IMG/VR virus record: IMGVR_UViG_3300042519_000334 | Location: 1-61,636 of that record | Strand: one strand, 5' to 3' | DNA from: a virus | Lineage: Duplodnaviria; Caudoviricetes | DNA: 61,636 nucleotides | Part shown: positions 1 through 8,915 of the stretch, one piece after another | Layout of the letters: every line of letters starts with the position of its first letter | Numbering within the stretch: position 1 is the first letter of the stretch | Position numbers and translations under genes: made by a program | The notes under the pieces: model-generated | Told to the model about the DNA's origin: nothing | Databases searched by the model: none | What the model saw: only the letters and a program-made list of their open reading frames with translations

Positions 1-127
1 TACTACCTTGTTGACGCTATGGAATCAGGTGGGTACATCACCTACGAGGACGGAGAGATAACGGCACACGAAATCCATATCTCGCCAAATGTGCAGTAAA
101 AACATAGTTTTGGCAGATTATACAACA
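1..127. repeat. Terminal direct repeat of the contig, identical to 61510-61636; circular assembly overlap
   Basis: Bases 1-127 (tactaccttg...tacaaca) recur at 61510-61636; the repeat lies inside the metallophosphoesterase ORF and 127 is a common assembler k-mer. Confidence 0.95.
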
Positions 128-133
128 CAAAAT

Positions 134-445
134 ATGGCAAAGAGACTAACCAAACAAGAGAAGTGGAACAAGGCAAGTGAAGACCTCATCAACAAGATGT
201 TTGAGATTGCTGGCCACAACGTAACCTATGACGACATCAAGGGACGAACAGATGATTGGTACACAGACTGGACTATGACCGTTGCTCAGGCAGAGCAGTG
301 GAAAGAGTGGGGTATGGAGTACCTACAAAAGAATATGAAGTTCACGAAGCACTACGCTGAGCTTGAGATGAGAATGTTTAATGTAATGTATGGACTTAAA
401 TACAGTGATTGGTATGGAACCGAAGAACAAACGCCTACTACTTGA
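134..445 (+). CDS. Hypothetical phage protein
   Basis: ORF; ATG at 134 after an A-rich leader is preferred over GTG at 89. Confidence 0.75.
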   Translation: MAKRLTKQEKWNKASEDLINKMFEIAGHNVTYDDIKGRTDDWYTDWTMTVAQAEQWKEWGMEYLQKNMKFTKHYAELEMRMFNVMYGLKYSDWYGTEEQTPTT

Positions 446-566
446 GCAATACAAGAAGGCACAATACAACCGCAACGTATGCCTATACAGCCGCCGAGAC
501 ACGGAGGCTAAGTATTGGGAGGGATACGTCAATGCACTCAGTCTAATCTTAGAAACACAACAATGA
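414..566 (+). CDS. Small hypothetical protein, 50 aa (MEPKNKRLLL...); not in ORF track
   Basis: Fills the gap; its stop overlaps the next ATG (ATGA at 563-566). Confidence 0.6.
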   Translation: MEPKNKRLLLEQYKKAQYNRNVCLYSRRDTEAKYWEGYVNALSLILETQQ

Positions 567-868
567 GCGATTCAAGTGTAGAACTAAAGCTCGTGAAGCT
601 ACTAATCATTATGCAGGTTCACCTTGAACTGCTTGATGAATTGCAGACAACACCGCTATATCGTCACAATATCAAACGAGCAGTTAATAACCTTATTAAG
701 GACCTCGAGGCACAGCTTCACATACTATACAAGAATATGAAGACTGACAACGACATTGAGGACGCATACAATGCGGTTAAGCACGGAGTGGAAGTACTTT
801 TGGCGGCAGATACAGATACGCTATACAACATAGGATATCGACCAACCAACAACGCAACCAAAGAATGA
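563..868 (+). CDS. Hypothetical protein
   Basis: ORF with ATGA coupling at both ends. Confidence 0.7.
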   Translation: MSDSSVELKLVKLLIIMQVHLELLDELQTTPLYRHNIKRAVNNLIKDLEAQLHILYKNMKTDNDIEDAYNAVKHGVEVLLAADTDTLYNIGYRPTNNATKE

Positions 869-939
869 AACCATCTGACCACCTCGCGTACTTCGCAGAA
901 CACCCGATAATTAAAAACAAAAACAATAAAAAGAAGAAA

Positions 940-1242
940 ATGGACAGCATCATTGACTTAGAGATGAAGGTCGTAGAGTGGGCACACCGCCGAGACCTAG
1001 TGAAGCCTGAGAACGCCAATCGGCAAATGCTCAAGGTGATGGAGGAAGTAGGTGAGCTCGCATCTGCAATTGCAAAAAACAAAGAGGCGGAGACAATCGA
1101 TGCTATCGGTGATGTACTCGTCACTATCATCATCCTGTCGGCTCAGCTAGAACTCAGTCCGTGGGAGTGTTTAGAGCAAGCCTACGGAGAGATTGCCAAT
1201 CGTAAAGGTCAAACAATTAACGGAGTATTCGTAAAGGAATGA
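940..1242 (+). CDS. MazG-like nucleotide pyrophosphohydrolase
   Basis: KVMEEVGEL...DAIGDVLV acidic motifs and the C-terminal RKG..INGVFVKE of the phage MazG-like family; start could be 865. Confidence 0.85.
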   Translation: MDSIIDLEMKVVEWAHRRDLVKPENANRQMLKVMEEVGELASAIAKNKEAETIDAIGDVLVTIIILSAQLELSPWECLEQAYGEIANRKGQTINGVFVKE

Positions 1243-1448
1243 AGACACCAATGCAAATGATTGAGGATAAACTCAACGAATCAGATGGACGAGAGTTCTA
1301 TCGTTGGGCTGTAATCAATCTACCTATGCTCATAAAGAGAGAGAAGATGTTTATCAATGTAGAGAAGAATCGATTATCAAAGAATAACGATGAGAAAGTC
1401 GTAATCAGCGGTAATTATTCTAGAACAATTTGCATTTCTGATAAATAA
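1239..1448 (+). CDS. Hypothetical protein (MKTP.Q N-terminus shared with 59681)
   Basis: ATGA-coupled ORF. Confidence 0.55.
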   Translation: MKTPMQMIEDKLNESDGREFYRWAVINLPMLIKREKMFINVEKNRLSKNNDEKVVISGNYSRTICISDK

Positions 1449-1460
1449 TTTATATTTTTG
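1428..1460 (+). promoter_or_regulatory. Bacteroidota-type housekeeping promoter
   Basis: TTTG at 1429-1432 and TATTTTTG at 1453-1460 (TAnnTTTG -7 element), upstream of the recombination genes. Confidence 0.75.
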
Positions 1461-1483
1461 TTCAAGTAATTCAATTCAAACCT

Positions 1484-2020
1484 ATGTCTAATTACAAATT
1501 CAAGACAACCAACATAAAGGGTAAGGACTACGTTGAGGTTAACCAACGCGTGCTTTACTTCCGTAACGAACCTAAGTTCGAAGGTTGGACAATCGAGAAC
1601 GAGCTCGTCGTAATCGACAGCGACACTTGCATCGTCAAGTCAACCATCAAGGATACGGCAATGCGTGTCGTCGCAAGCGCCCACGCTCAGGAGGACCGCA
1701 CATCCTCTATGATTAACAAGACATCGTATGTAGAGAACTGCGAAACGTCGGCCGTGGGTCGTGCTCTCGCAATGCTTGGCATCGGTATCGAGACTTCAAT
1801 CGCATCGTCAAACGAGGTCGCTATGGCAATCGCTAAGCAGGACGCTCCCGCATCCGAGACGCAGAAAGTTGAAATTCCTAACAACGATGTGTTTCAGTCA
1901 GCGATTGACTTTATGAAGAAGGACGGAACAGCCGCTGGCCTCGAGAAGATTATTGCCAAGTATGGCTCTAAGTTCTCTGACGGGCAGAAAAATGCTCTGT
2001 CTAAGTTCGTTAAGAAGTAA
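1484..2020 (+). CDS. Putative single-strand annealing protein (Sak/Rad52-like)
   Basis: IKGKDYVEV..R and ENCETSAVGRAL motifs; directly upstream of an exonuclease, as in SSAP/exonuclease pairs. Confidence 0.65.
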   Translation: MSNYKFKTTNIKGKDYVEVNQRVLYFRNEPKFEGWTIENELVVIDSDTCIVKSTIKDTAMRVVASAHAQEDRTSSMINKTSYVENCETSAVGRALAMLGIGIETSIASSNEVAMAIAKQDAPASETQKVEIPNNDVFQSAIDFMKKDGTAAGLEKIIAKYGSKFSDGQKNALSKFVKK

Positions 2021-2811
2021 TGGAAATCCAGCTTCTTGACGGAAGTACTTGGCATCGTAGCGACTTGCTCTCTGCGATGGCCGATGACGACTTCTACTAT
2101 GGGTACTTGGGGAAGGCAGTTCTGTCTTCCTCGAGTCTCAAGAAGATTAACGACTCACCACGTGAGTACGCACGCTACTTGAAGTATGGAGAGGAAGGCG
2201 ACACGACGGCTCTTGTCGCAGGCAACCTTATACATACTCTCTTGTTAGAGCCACACCTCCAAGACAACTTCATACCTGTGGAATGTTCCAATAAGAACAC
2301 GAACATATGGAAACAAGCAGTTGCCGATAACGAGGGTACGGGCAAGAAGTTGCTTCTTCAGAAGGACTTCGATAATTGCCACTATGTAGTTGATGCACTG
2401 CTCAAGAACAAGATTGTTCAGGGTGCACTCATCGACGCTGATTACGAACTTCCTGAGATTGGTCTACTCTACGGCGTGCCGTTTCGAGCTAAGGCTGATA
2501 TCAAGAAGAGGGGTCAAAAGTATATCTATGACCTTAAGACAACATCAAACATCGATGACTTTTACCACAGCGCACGCAAGTATGGTTATGCCGCACAAGC
2601 ATACATCTACTGCACTCTGTTTGATGTTCCGTTTGAGAACTTTAAGTTTATCGTTGTAGATAAGAATAAGAAAGACATCGGCGTTTTTTCCGTGTCGGAG
2701 ACTTTCTTTATGTTAGGCAAGCGGTTGGTAGAGCAAGGTGTATCTGATTACATCAAGTTCTTTATTGACGGTGAGGACCTAAACCAATATGTGATTTACG
2801 GAGAACTTTAA
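2020..2811 (+). CDS. PD-(D/E)XK exonuclease (RecE/ExoVIII-like, DUF3799)
   Basis: LSSSSLK, G.LIH..LLEP, KAD...YDLKTT and Y..QA.IY motifs. Confidence 0.85.
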   Translation: MEIQLLDGSTWHRSDLLSAMADDDFYYGYLGKAVLSSSSLKKINDSPREYARYLKYGEEGDTTALVAGNLIHTLLLEPHLQDNFIPVECSNKNTNIWKQAVADNEGTGKKLLLQKDFDNCHYVVDALLKNKIVQGALIDADYELPEIGLLYGVPFRAKADIKKRGQKYIYDLKTTSNIDDFYHSARKYGYAAQAYIYCTLFDVPFENFKFIVVDKNKKDIGVFSVSETFFMLGKRLVEQGVSDYIKFFIDGEDLNQYVIYGEL

Positions 2812-2822
2812 TTCAATTAGTT

Positions 2823-3110
2823 ATGTCAGACAAGACAAAACCCAACTACTTCGGTAGCACTTGGTACAACGAGTACAAAGGAGAATTCAATGGTTACACT
2901 CTCTACCTAACTGCGGCCGAGCTTCAAGAGGCTGCTCGTTACATCAACGAGGAAAGCGGTAAGGTTAAGATTTTAATCAAGCAAGGTCGCGACCCCAAGA
3001 AGCCTTACAGCGTTATCGAGTCTCCTCAGGAGACCGCAATGCGCCGTCAGAACGCTCAGGCGGCTTCCAACGCTAAACCTACTCCATCACTGAACGACTT
3101 GCCGTTCTAA
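2823..3110 (+). CDS. Putative ssDNA-binding protein
   Basis: Follows SSAP/exonuclease; flexible tail ending in DLPF as in SSBs. Confidence 0.55.
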   Translation: MSDKTKPNYFGSTWYNEYKGEFNGYTLYLTAAELQEAARYINEESGKVKILIKQGRDPKKPYSVIESPQETAMRRQNAQAASNAKPTPSLNDLPF

Positions 3111-3509
3111 ATGGAAAAGGCAATCGCGGCACTGCTGTGCTTCGAGTGGGGGCTCGGATTCTTAGAGTCCGGCCCCCTTTTCTTTAAGCACACAACGAGA
3201 AACGACGGCCCAACTCAGACTCAGATAATCTTCGCTAAGATTAGCGACGGTAAGTTTGAGCTAGATGTCAAGCCTGTAGAATATGTAGCTAAGCACTCCG
3301 TGGTTGTCATCCCCGAAAAGAACGGCAACAACGTGGTTCTTGTTGATTCATCCAAGCTGTATGCGGCATTAGACGGATTCTTTGTCGATGCCTCAGCTCT
3401 TGGTGAAATGATTATGTGGAAAACCGAAATGAGATTTAGCGATGCATCCGATTTATTTTCTAGAGATAGAGGTGTCCTTCAAGAAGGGGAAGCTCAATCA
3501 GAGTCGTAA
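3111..3509 (+). CDS. Hypothetical protein
   Basis: ORF abutting the previous stop. Confidence 0.55.
   Translation: MEKAIAALLCFEWGLGFLESGPLFFKHTTRNDGPTQTQIIFAKISDGKFELDVKPVEYVAKHSVVVIPEKNGNNVVLVDSSKLYAALDGFFVDASALGEMIMWKTEMRFSDASDLFSRDRGVLQEGEAQSES
3148..3186 (+). terminator. Intrinsic terminator-like hairpin inside the 3111 ORF
   Basis: GGGGGCTCGGA...TCCGGCCCCC followed by TTTTCTTT. Confidence 0.5.
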
Positions 3510-3681
3510 GGAGTGGGCAGTGTCAAAGCACGACACTCCATCAGGCATTATGATGCACGACAACAAAACAATCGATAGCCTTCGTGAACGACTGTTCGGT
3601 AACAACTACAAGGGTGACAAATCGCTTGTCATCACTAAAGTATTAGAAAAAAAGATAGTAGGCTATGCCGAGAATAAATAA
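3442..3681 (+). CDS. Hypothetical protein
   Basis: ORF in the operon. Confidence 0.6.
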   Translation: MHPIYFLEIEVSFKKGKLNQSRKEWAVSKHDTPSGIMMHDNKTIDSLRERLFGNNYKGDKSLVITKVLEKKIVGYAENK

Positions 3682-3880
3682 CGAAGAAGAAGCCCTAGAT
3701 ATCATTAGGGTTCTTACTGATGACTTTGGGGTTAGTAAGACTGCTCTTTCCAAAGGGTTACATATAAGTAGAGTGTCTCTAAATAATGTAATCAATGGGA
3801 AGACAATCGTAACCAAGAAGTTCATCATCCGACTGAACAACCACATTGACAAACTCAAAACAGCAATTAACTATGAATGA
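3665..3880 (+). CDS. XRE/Cro-type HTH DNA-binding protein
   Basis: SKTALSKGLHISRVSLNNVING helix-turn-helix pattern. Confidence 0.7.
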   Translation: MPRINNEEEALDIIRVLTDDFGVSKTALSKGLHISRVSLNNVINGKTIVTKKFIIRLNNHIDKLKTAINYE

Positions 3881-4301
3881 ATTTATCTACTGGGACGACC
3901 CGGGCGATAGCCAAGATGTCGTTGATAATCAAACAGAGAAGAACAACCTTGTAGCTGTCTACGGTACACTCAAGATTGGTAAAGGCAACCATAGCCTTCT
4001 AAGTAGCTCCATCTATATGGGGACTGCTCGAACCAAAGACCTAATGCGTCTATGTGTCGTATCTCTCCCATACTTAGTTAGAGGTGAGTCTGAGGAAGGC
4101 AAGAATGTACTTGTTGAACTGTACTATGTTGACGACAGCACTTTAGCATCTCTTGACCGACTTGAGGGACATCCTGTTCACTACAAGCGTGAGATGATGA
4201 AGTTTACACCTGAAGAGTCAATCTTCTCTAACGAAGTAGAGGCTTGGGTGTATATGGTTGACGAACGCTACGATAATAAAAAATACTACGATGAATTCTA
4301 G
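3873..4301 (+). CDS. Gamma-glutamylcyclotransferase (AIG2-like)
   Basis: VAVYGTLK.G..NH, LDRLEGHP..Y.R and AWVY motifs. Confidence 0.9.
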   Translation: MNEFIYWDDPGDSQDVVDNQTEKNNLVAVYGTLKIGKGNHSLLSSSIYMGTARTKDLMRLCVVSLPYLVRGESEEGKNVLVELYYVDDSTLASLDRLEGHPVHYKREMMKFTPEESIFSNEVEAWVYMVDERYDNKKYYDEF

Positions 4302-4692
4302 AGACAAGATTATTCAAGAGACAACAAGGGTAGAGAATCTACTACTTCGTAAGAACGCATCATACGGAGACAGCGCACTGAAGCCTGCCAACGTATTTGC
4401 TAAAGGCTCCGCAGTGGAGAACCTTTGCTCACGTATCGACGATAAGTTGATGCGTATCAAAAACAAGGGAATCAACGTAAACACTACGGATACGATTGAT
4501 GACCTAATCGGCTATCTAATTTTATTAAATATCGCACTTAAAGATGCTGAACCCACAAATTCTACAGAGACAGGTAACGATGTTCAGGAGCGTGACAACT
4601 CCGACGGAACCGTTCCTAGTGACAGTCGAGAAAGTTATTGGGCGAATCCAGTCCCCCCCGCCAAGTACACTTGGCCTGATATCGAAGATTAG
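4291..4692 (+). CDS. DUF1599 / nucleotide-modification-associated domain 1 protein
   Basis: KN.SYGDS, RIDDKL.RI and DT..DLIGYLIL motifs. Confidence 0.8.
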   Translation: MNSRDKIIQETTRVENLLLRKNASYGDSALKPANVFAKGSAVENLCSRIDDKLMRIKNKGINVNTTDTIDDLIGYLILLNIALKDAEPTNSTETGNDVQERDNSDGTVPSDSRESYWANPVPPAKYTWPDIED

Positions 4693-6391
4693 GGAGGGAA
4701 AATCCAATAAGCAACTCAAGCAGGAGCTCCCAGTCATTCTATGGTCTGGGATTTTTTCTGCCAGAAGCGACAGCTCCATTGAGGAGCACTCTGGACTGTT
4801 CGTAATAGACATCGATGGGCTAGACAACCCTGAAGAGCTTAAGTCAACGCTTGCTCACGATGACTATACGTTAATCTGTTTCACGTCTCCTAGTGGTAAC
4901 GGACTAAAGGTTGTAGTTCAGATTAGCAATCCTGAGCGACACAGAGACCACTACAGAGCTTTTGTCAAGTACTATGACAATCAGTACGGACTAACTGTTG
5001 ATTCGACAAGCATTAACGAGTCTCGTGCGTGCTACGAGTCATATGACCCAGACATTATCTACAAGCCAAGCGCTAAGGTCTTCGGCGCTATGCTCAGTGA
5101 GCAGGCCGAAAGGCAGGAGGTCAAGGTAAGCGATGCTCCGTTCACTGATTACGAGCAGTTGAATATCGCAGCTCGTATGATTAGGAAGGCGGACGACGGA
5201 GAGAAGCATCAGACGCTACTTCGAGCTTCACGGCTGTGCGGTGGATTTATATCTGCCGGACGGATGGAGGATTCAGAGGTTCGCCGTGTACTACTTAGAG
5301 AGATAGAGAAGCGAGACATCGATTCCGTTGACAACGCCAAGAAAACGATTGACGACGGGATAGAGCAGGGTAAGCTTATGCCTATCAAGGAGATGATGGA
5401 GGAGAAGAACAAGGCCGAGCGTGAGATGAAAATCAACGACGGCGATATGTCCTTCATATCATCAGACGATGAAGACTTTAGGTGGATTAACGACTTCGCT
5501 GAAGGTCGCATCAAGATGGGATTGGATACTGGCGTTGATATTCTCGACGAACACTTTCGATTCAAGAAGAACTTCACAGTCATCAACGGTCACTCAAACA
5601 TTGGTAAGACTACATTCGCTACATATCTTCAGACCGCATCGTCTATGCGGCACGGATGGAAGTGGCTTATGTATACCAGTGAGAACAAGACCGCATCACA
5701 GAAGATGAAGATTATGGCATTCGCTATGGGTAAGCCAGTGAACGAGATGTCTTACTCTGAGAGAGTTGAAGCATTCAATTGGGTTAATAAGCACTACACG
5801 TTTATCGACAACAAGTCTGTCTATTCTTTCTCAGACATACTTCTGTTCGCTGAGAAGGTAAAGCGTAACCAAGACCTAGACGGAATCTTTATCGACCCAT
5901 ACAACGCACTGCGTAGGGACATTGGTTTCGGTAGTAAGCTTGGTGTTCACGAGCACGACTATGAGGCTATGAGTGAAATGCTTACATTCTCTAACGCTAA
6001 CAATGTGGCACTGTGGCTTAACGCTCACGCAGTCACTGAGGCTCAGCGTATGAAGGGTGATGACGGATTGCCTATCGCTCCGTTTGCTGAGCAGACTGAG
6101 GGTGGCGGTAAGTTCGTTAACAGGGCCGATGACTTCCTTACGTTTCACAGGAAGATTCAGCACCCTGAGCGAGATATGAGACGAACAGTTGAGTTGCACG
6201 TTCGTAAGGTTCGTGAGACTGAGACTGGAGGCTCTCCTACTCCGTTGGATTCCCCTGTACTGTTTGAAATGTCATCTAATGGCGCTACGTTTTACCACAA
6301 GACATCTGCGAGTAAAATGTTTACACCGCTATGTGAACGACAGATTCAGACTACGATTATTCAACCAAGTAGTGTAGACGAGGCGTTCTAA
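4544..6391 (+). CDS. Primase-helicase (BT4734/VirE-N-like primase domain plus DnaB-like helicase)
   Basis: HSGLFVIDID and FTSPSGNGLK primase motifs; Walker A GHSNIGKT, Walker B IFIDPYN. Confidence 0.85.
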   Translation: MLNPQILQRQVTMFRSVTTPTEPFLVTVEKVIGRIQSPPPSTLGLISKIREGKSNKQLKQELPVILWSGIFSARSDSSIEEHSGLFVIDIDGLDNPEELKSTLAHDDYTLICFTSPSGNGLKVVVQISNPERHRDHYRAFVKYYDNQYGLTVDSTSINESRACYESYDPDIIYKPSAKVFGAMLSEQAERQEVKVSDAPFTDYEQLNIAARMIRKADDGEKHQTLLRASRLCGGFISAGRMEDSEVRRVLLREIEKRDIDSVDNAKKTIDDGIEQGKLMPIKEMMEEKNKAEREMKINDGDMSFISSDDEDFRWINDFAEGRIKMGLDTGVDILDEHFRFKKNFTVINGHSNIGKTTFATYLQTASSMRHGWKWLMYTSENKTASQKMKIMAFAMGKPVNEMSYSERVEAFNWVNKHYTFIDNKSVYSFSDILLFAEKVKRNQDLDGIFIDPYNALRRDIGFGSKLGVHEHDYEAMSEMLTFSNANNVALWLNAHAVTEAQRMKGDDGLPIAPFAEQTEGGGKFVNRADDFLTFHRKIQHPERDMRRTVELHVRKVRETETGGSPTPLDSPVLFEMSSNGATFYHKTSASKMFTPLCERQIQTTIIQPSSVDEAF

Positions 6392-6405
6392 TGGTACATT
6401 TGGTA

Positions 6406-6849
6406 ATGCCACGAAAGAAAACAGGCGCCGTAAGGAGTAAGAAGAAGACCGTTGATGGGATAACTTTCGAGTCTATGCTCGAAGCTTATTGCTATGCTTC
6501 GCTTCAACTTAAGGGATTAGATTTTAAATATGAAGGCGAATCGATAACGCTTCTTCCCTCCTTTAGGTCTGTTGATACATACTATAAGTCAGTGCCTAAG
6601 ACGAAATCACTGGTCGCATACGGGGGTAAGACTCAGCGACCGATTACGTATAAGCCTGACTTCGTATCACACACCCATAAGTTTTACATTGAGACGAAAG
6701 GGTTTGTGCCATCACAGCACACGTTCACCGTTAGGTGGAAGCTGTTTCTTAAGTGGTTAAATGATAACGGCAAGTCAGACTATAAGATTTTCTTAGTTAA
6801 GAATCAATCTCAAGTCGATGAAGCCATAAACATTATACTGAATGGATAA
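6406..6849 (+). CDS. Endonuclease (T7 endonuclease I / DUF1064-like)
   Basis: VDGITFES.LE, ITYKPDF and IETKG motifs; ATG 6406 follows TACATTTG (6395-6402). Confidence 0.8.
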   Translation: MPRKKTGAVRSKKKTVDGITFESMLEAYCYASLQLKGLDFKYEGESITLLPSFRSVDTYYKSVPKTKSLVAYGGKTQRPITYKPDFVSHTHKFYIETKGFVPSQHTFTVRWKLFLKWLNDNGKSDYKIFLVKNQSQVDEAINIILNG

Positions 6850-7051
6850 TAAGAAACTATCTCAGCTATACTTTATGTTCTGCGAGCGTATGCACGTCGA
6901 AACTACAAATCTGTACGAGTCGTTGCACGACTATGCAGGTGACGCAGTTGAGCGAGAGGACTTGGTCCGACACTTGTGTTCTAACTTCACCCTAAGGATG
7001 AGGTCGGAAATTGACGGAATTAAGTCTTCTTGCAAGGAGTTCAACGAATGA
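6842..7051 (+). CDS. Hypothetical protein
   Basis: Overlap-coupled ORF. Confidence 0.65.
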   Translation: MDNKKLSQLYFMFCERMHVETTNLYESLHDYAGDAVEREDLVRHLCSNFTLRMRSEIDGIKSSCKEFNE

Positions 7052-7530
7052 ATCACTCCGGAAAAATAGGAGAGGAGCTTTGGGCGGACTATATGTCTTC
7101 TAAGGGTTACTTAATAATAACAGCGCCTAACGGTCCGTTCTACGACTGGGATATTAAAGCAACCAAAGAAGATAAGGTCGTTACGTTCGAAGTTAAGTAC
7201 GATGAGAAAGCTTACTGGTGGGCTAAGCGCCGAGGTAAGCCTTCAGAGCCGAACTTATACATAGAATTCAAGAACACAAACAAAGGAGCCGACAGTGGGA
7301 TACTAGCCTCTAAAGCTGACTACTACATATACATTATGAAGGAGGACAGCAATAGGGCCTACGTTTTTGACAGAGTGTCTCTATGCAATTTGTGCATAAC
7401 GTCAAACTTTAAGGTTGTCGGAAACTCCTCCACTGGAGACGACAATGCTGAAGGATGGATACCACCATTAAGCGAAGTAGTGGCTGATGAAAAAGTTTTC
7501 ATAAAGTCTATTTTGTTAAGTGATTTTTGA
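7048..7530 (+). CDS. PD-(D/E)XK family nuclease
   Basis: GKIGE, WDI...FEVKYD, NLYIE and SGI..SKADY motifs. Confidence 0.7.
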   Translation: MNHSGKIGEELWADYMSSKGYLIITAPNGPFYDWDIKATKEDKVVTFEVKYDEKAYWWAKRRGKPSEPNLYIEFKNTNKGADSGILASKADYYIYIMKEDSNRAYVFDRVSLCNLCITSNFKVVGNSSTGDDNAEGWIPPLSEVVADEKVFIKSILLSDF

Positions 7531-7608
7531 TTAGCGAACCATATATTCGCAATCCGATTTGGGCCGCCTTGTGTGGCCCATTTTTGTCTAACATAAAAAC
7601 CAGAGGCT

Positions 7609-8598
7609 ATGCTATTTGATGAACGCATCCCCTACAAACCATTCGAATATCCAATCTATTACACCGAGGGCTGGCTCAAGCAAGCACAAGCGTTCTGGCT
7701 CCACACGGAGATTTCTATGCAGAACGACGTGAAGGACTTCAGAGAGAACCTGAGTGATAGTGAACGCAATCTCGTGGGAAATATCCTATTGGGTTTCGCT
7801 CAGACCGAGACAGCAGTTGGCGACTATTGGACTAGTATGGTGACTAAGTGGTTCCCCAAACACGAGATTAAGCAGATGGCTATGATGTTCGGCTCACAGG
7901 AGACAATCCACGCCGCAGCATACAGCTACCTGAACGAAACACTCGGTCTTGAGGACTTTGAAGCGTTCCTTCACGAGCCTTCAACTGCCGCTCGCTTTGA
8001 GAATCTCGTCAACACTAAGGCAGGATACGACCACCACATCCTTAAGATTAGCCCAAAAGCTCGTCAGGATGTAGCTCGTTCCATTGCCGTGTTCTCTGCG
8101 TTCGCTGAAGGTGTAGCCCTGTACTCTTCGTTCGCTGTACTATACTCGTTCCAAATGCGTAATCTCCTCAAGGGAATAGGTCAACAGATGAAATGGTCAG
8201 TTCGCGACGAGTCTCTGCACTCTAAGATGGGCTGTGCACTGTTCAACCACCTATGTGAGGAGCATCCAGAAATTCGCGTTGCTGTACGTAAGCAAATCGA
8301 AGATGCGGCTCGCGTAGCCGTAGATATGGAGATTAACTTCATTGATAAGATGTTCGAGATGGGAGACCTTGAGAATCTGAAATCGGACGACCTTAAGGAG
8401 TTCATCAAGAAAAGAGCTAACGAAAAGTTGCAAGAGTTGGGATACGAAAGTATCTTTGAGTATGACAACGCTAAGGCTTCAGAGCTTGATTGGTTCTATC
8501 ACCTCACTGGTGGTCACACTCATACTGACTTCTTTGCTATCCGTCCTACTGACTACTCAAAGGCCAACGAAGGCGAAGACTTTGAGGATATTTGGTAA
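7609..8598 (+). CDS. nrdB: Ribonucleotide reductase class Ia beta subunit
   Basis: FW...EI, ETIHAAAYS, EGVALYSSF and RDESLH di-iron motifs; C-terminal DFF...TDY. Confidence 0.95.
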   Translation: MLFDERIPYKPFEYPIYYTEGWLKQAQAFWLHTEISMQNDVKDFRENLSDSERNLVGNILLGFAQTETAVGDYWTSMVTKWFPKHEIKQMAMMFGSQETIHAAAYSYLNETLGLEDFEAFLHEPSTAARFENLVNTKAGYDHHILKISPKARQDVARSIAVFSAFAEGVALYSSFAVLYSFQMRNLLKGIGQQMKWSVRDESLHSKMGCALFNHLCEEHPEIRVAVRKQIEDAARVAVDMEINFIDKMFEMGDLENLKSDDLKEFIKKRANEKLQELGYESIFEYDNAKASELDWFYHLTGGHTHTDFFAIRPTDYSKANEGEDFEDIW

Positions 8599-8609
8599 AA
8601 ATTAAATTT

Positions 8610-8915
8610 ATGACAAACAATGAAATTGCGGCCATCGTTTTCAACGAGGTCAAGAACGAGTACGGAGTTACTGCGTTCCAACTGTATAGTAAGACAAGAC
8701 TTCTCCATATCCGCGAGTCTCGTCAGGTGTTTTCACATCTTATGCGTAAACATACTGATATGACGCTACTGGAAATAGGTAAGCTCATCAATAGAGACCA
8801 CTCAACTGTAATACATTCTTGCAAGGTAGTGGACTCTGACATCTCATCTAACCAGAAGTTTCGTAAGCGATACGACAGAATTAATAACAACGTAACTGAT
8901 AAAATCTATGTCTAA
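8610..8915 (+). CDS. DnaA C-terminal (domain IV)-like HTH protein
   Basis: RQVFSHL...TLLEIGKLINRDHSTVIHS matches the Bac_DnaA_C signature. Confidence 0.85.
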   Translation: MTNNEIAAIVFNEVKNEYGVTAFQLYSKTRLLHIRESRQVFSHLMRKHTDMTLLEIGKLINRDHSTVIHSCKVVDSDISSNQKFRKRYDRINNNVTDKIYV

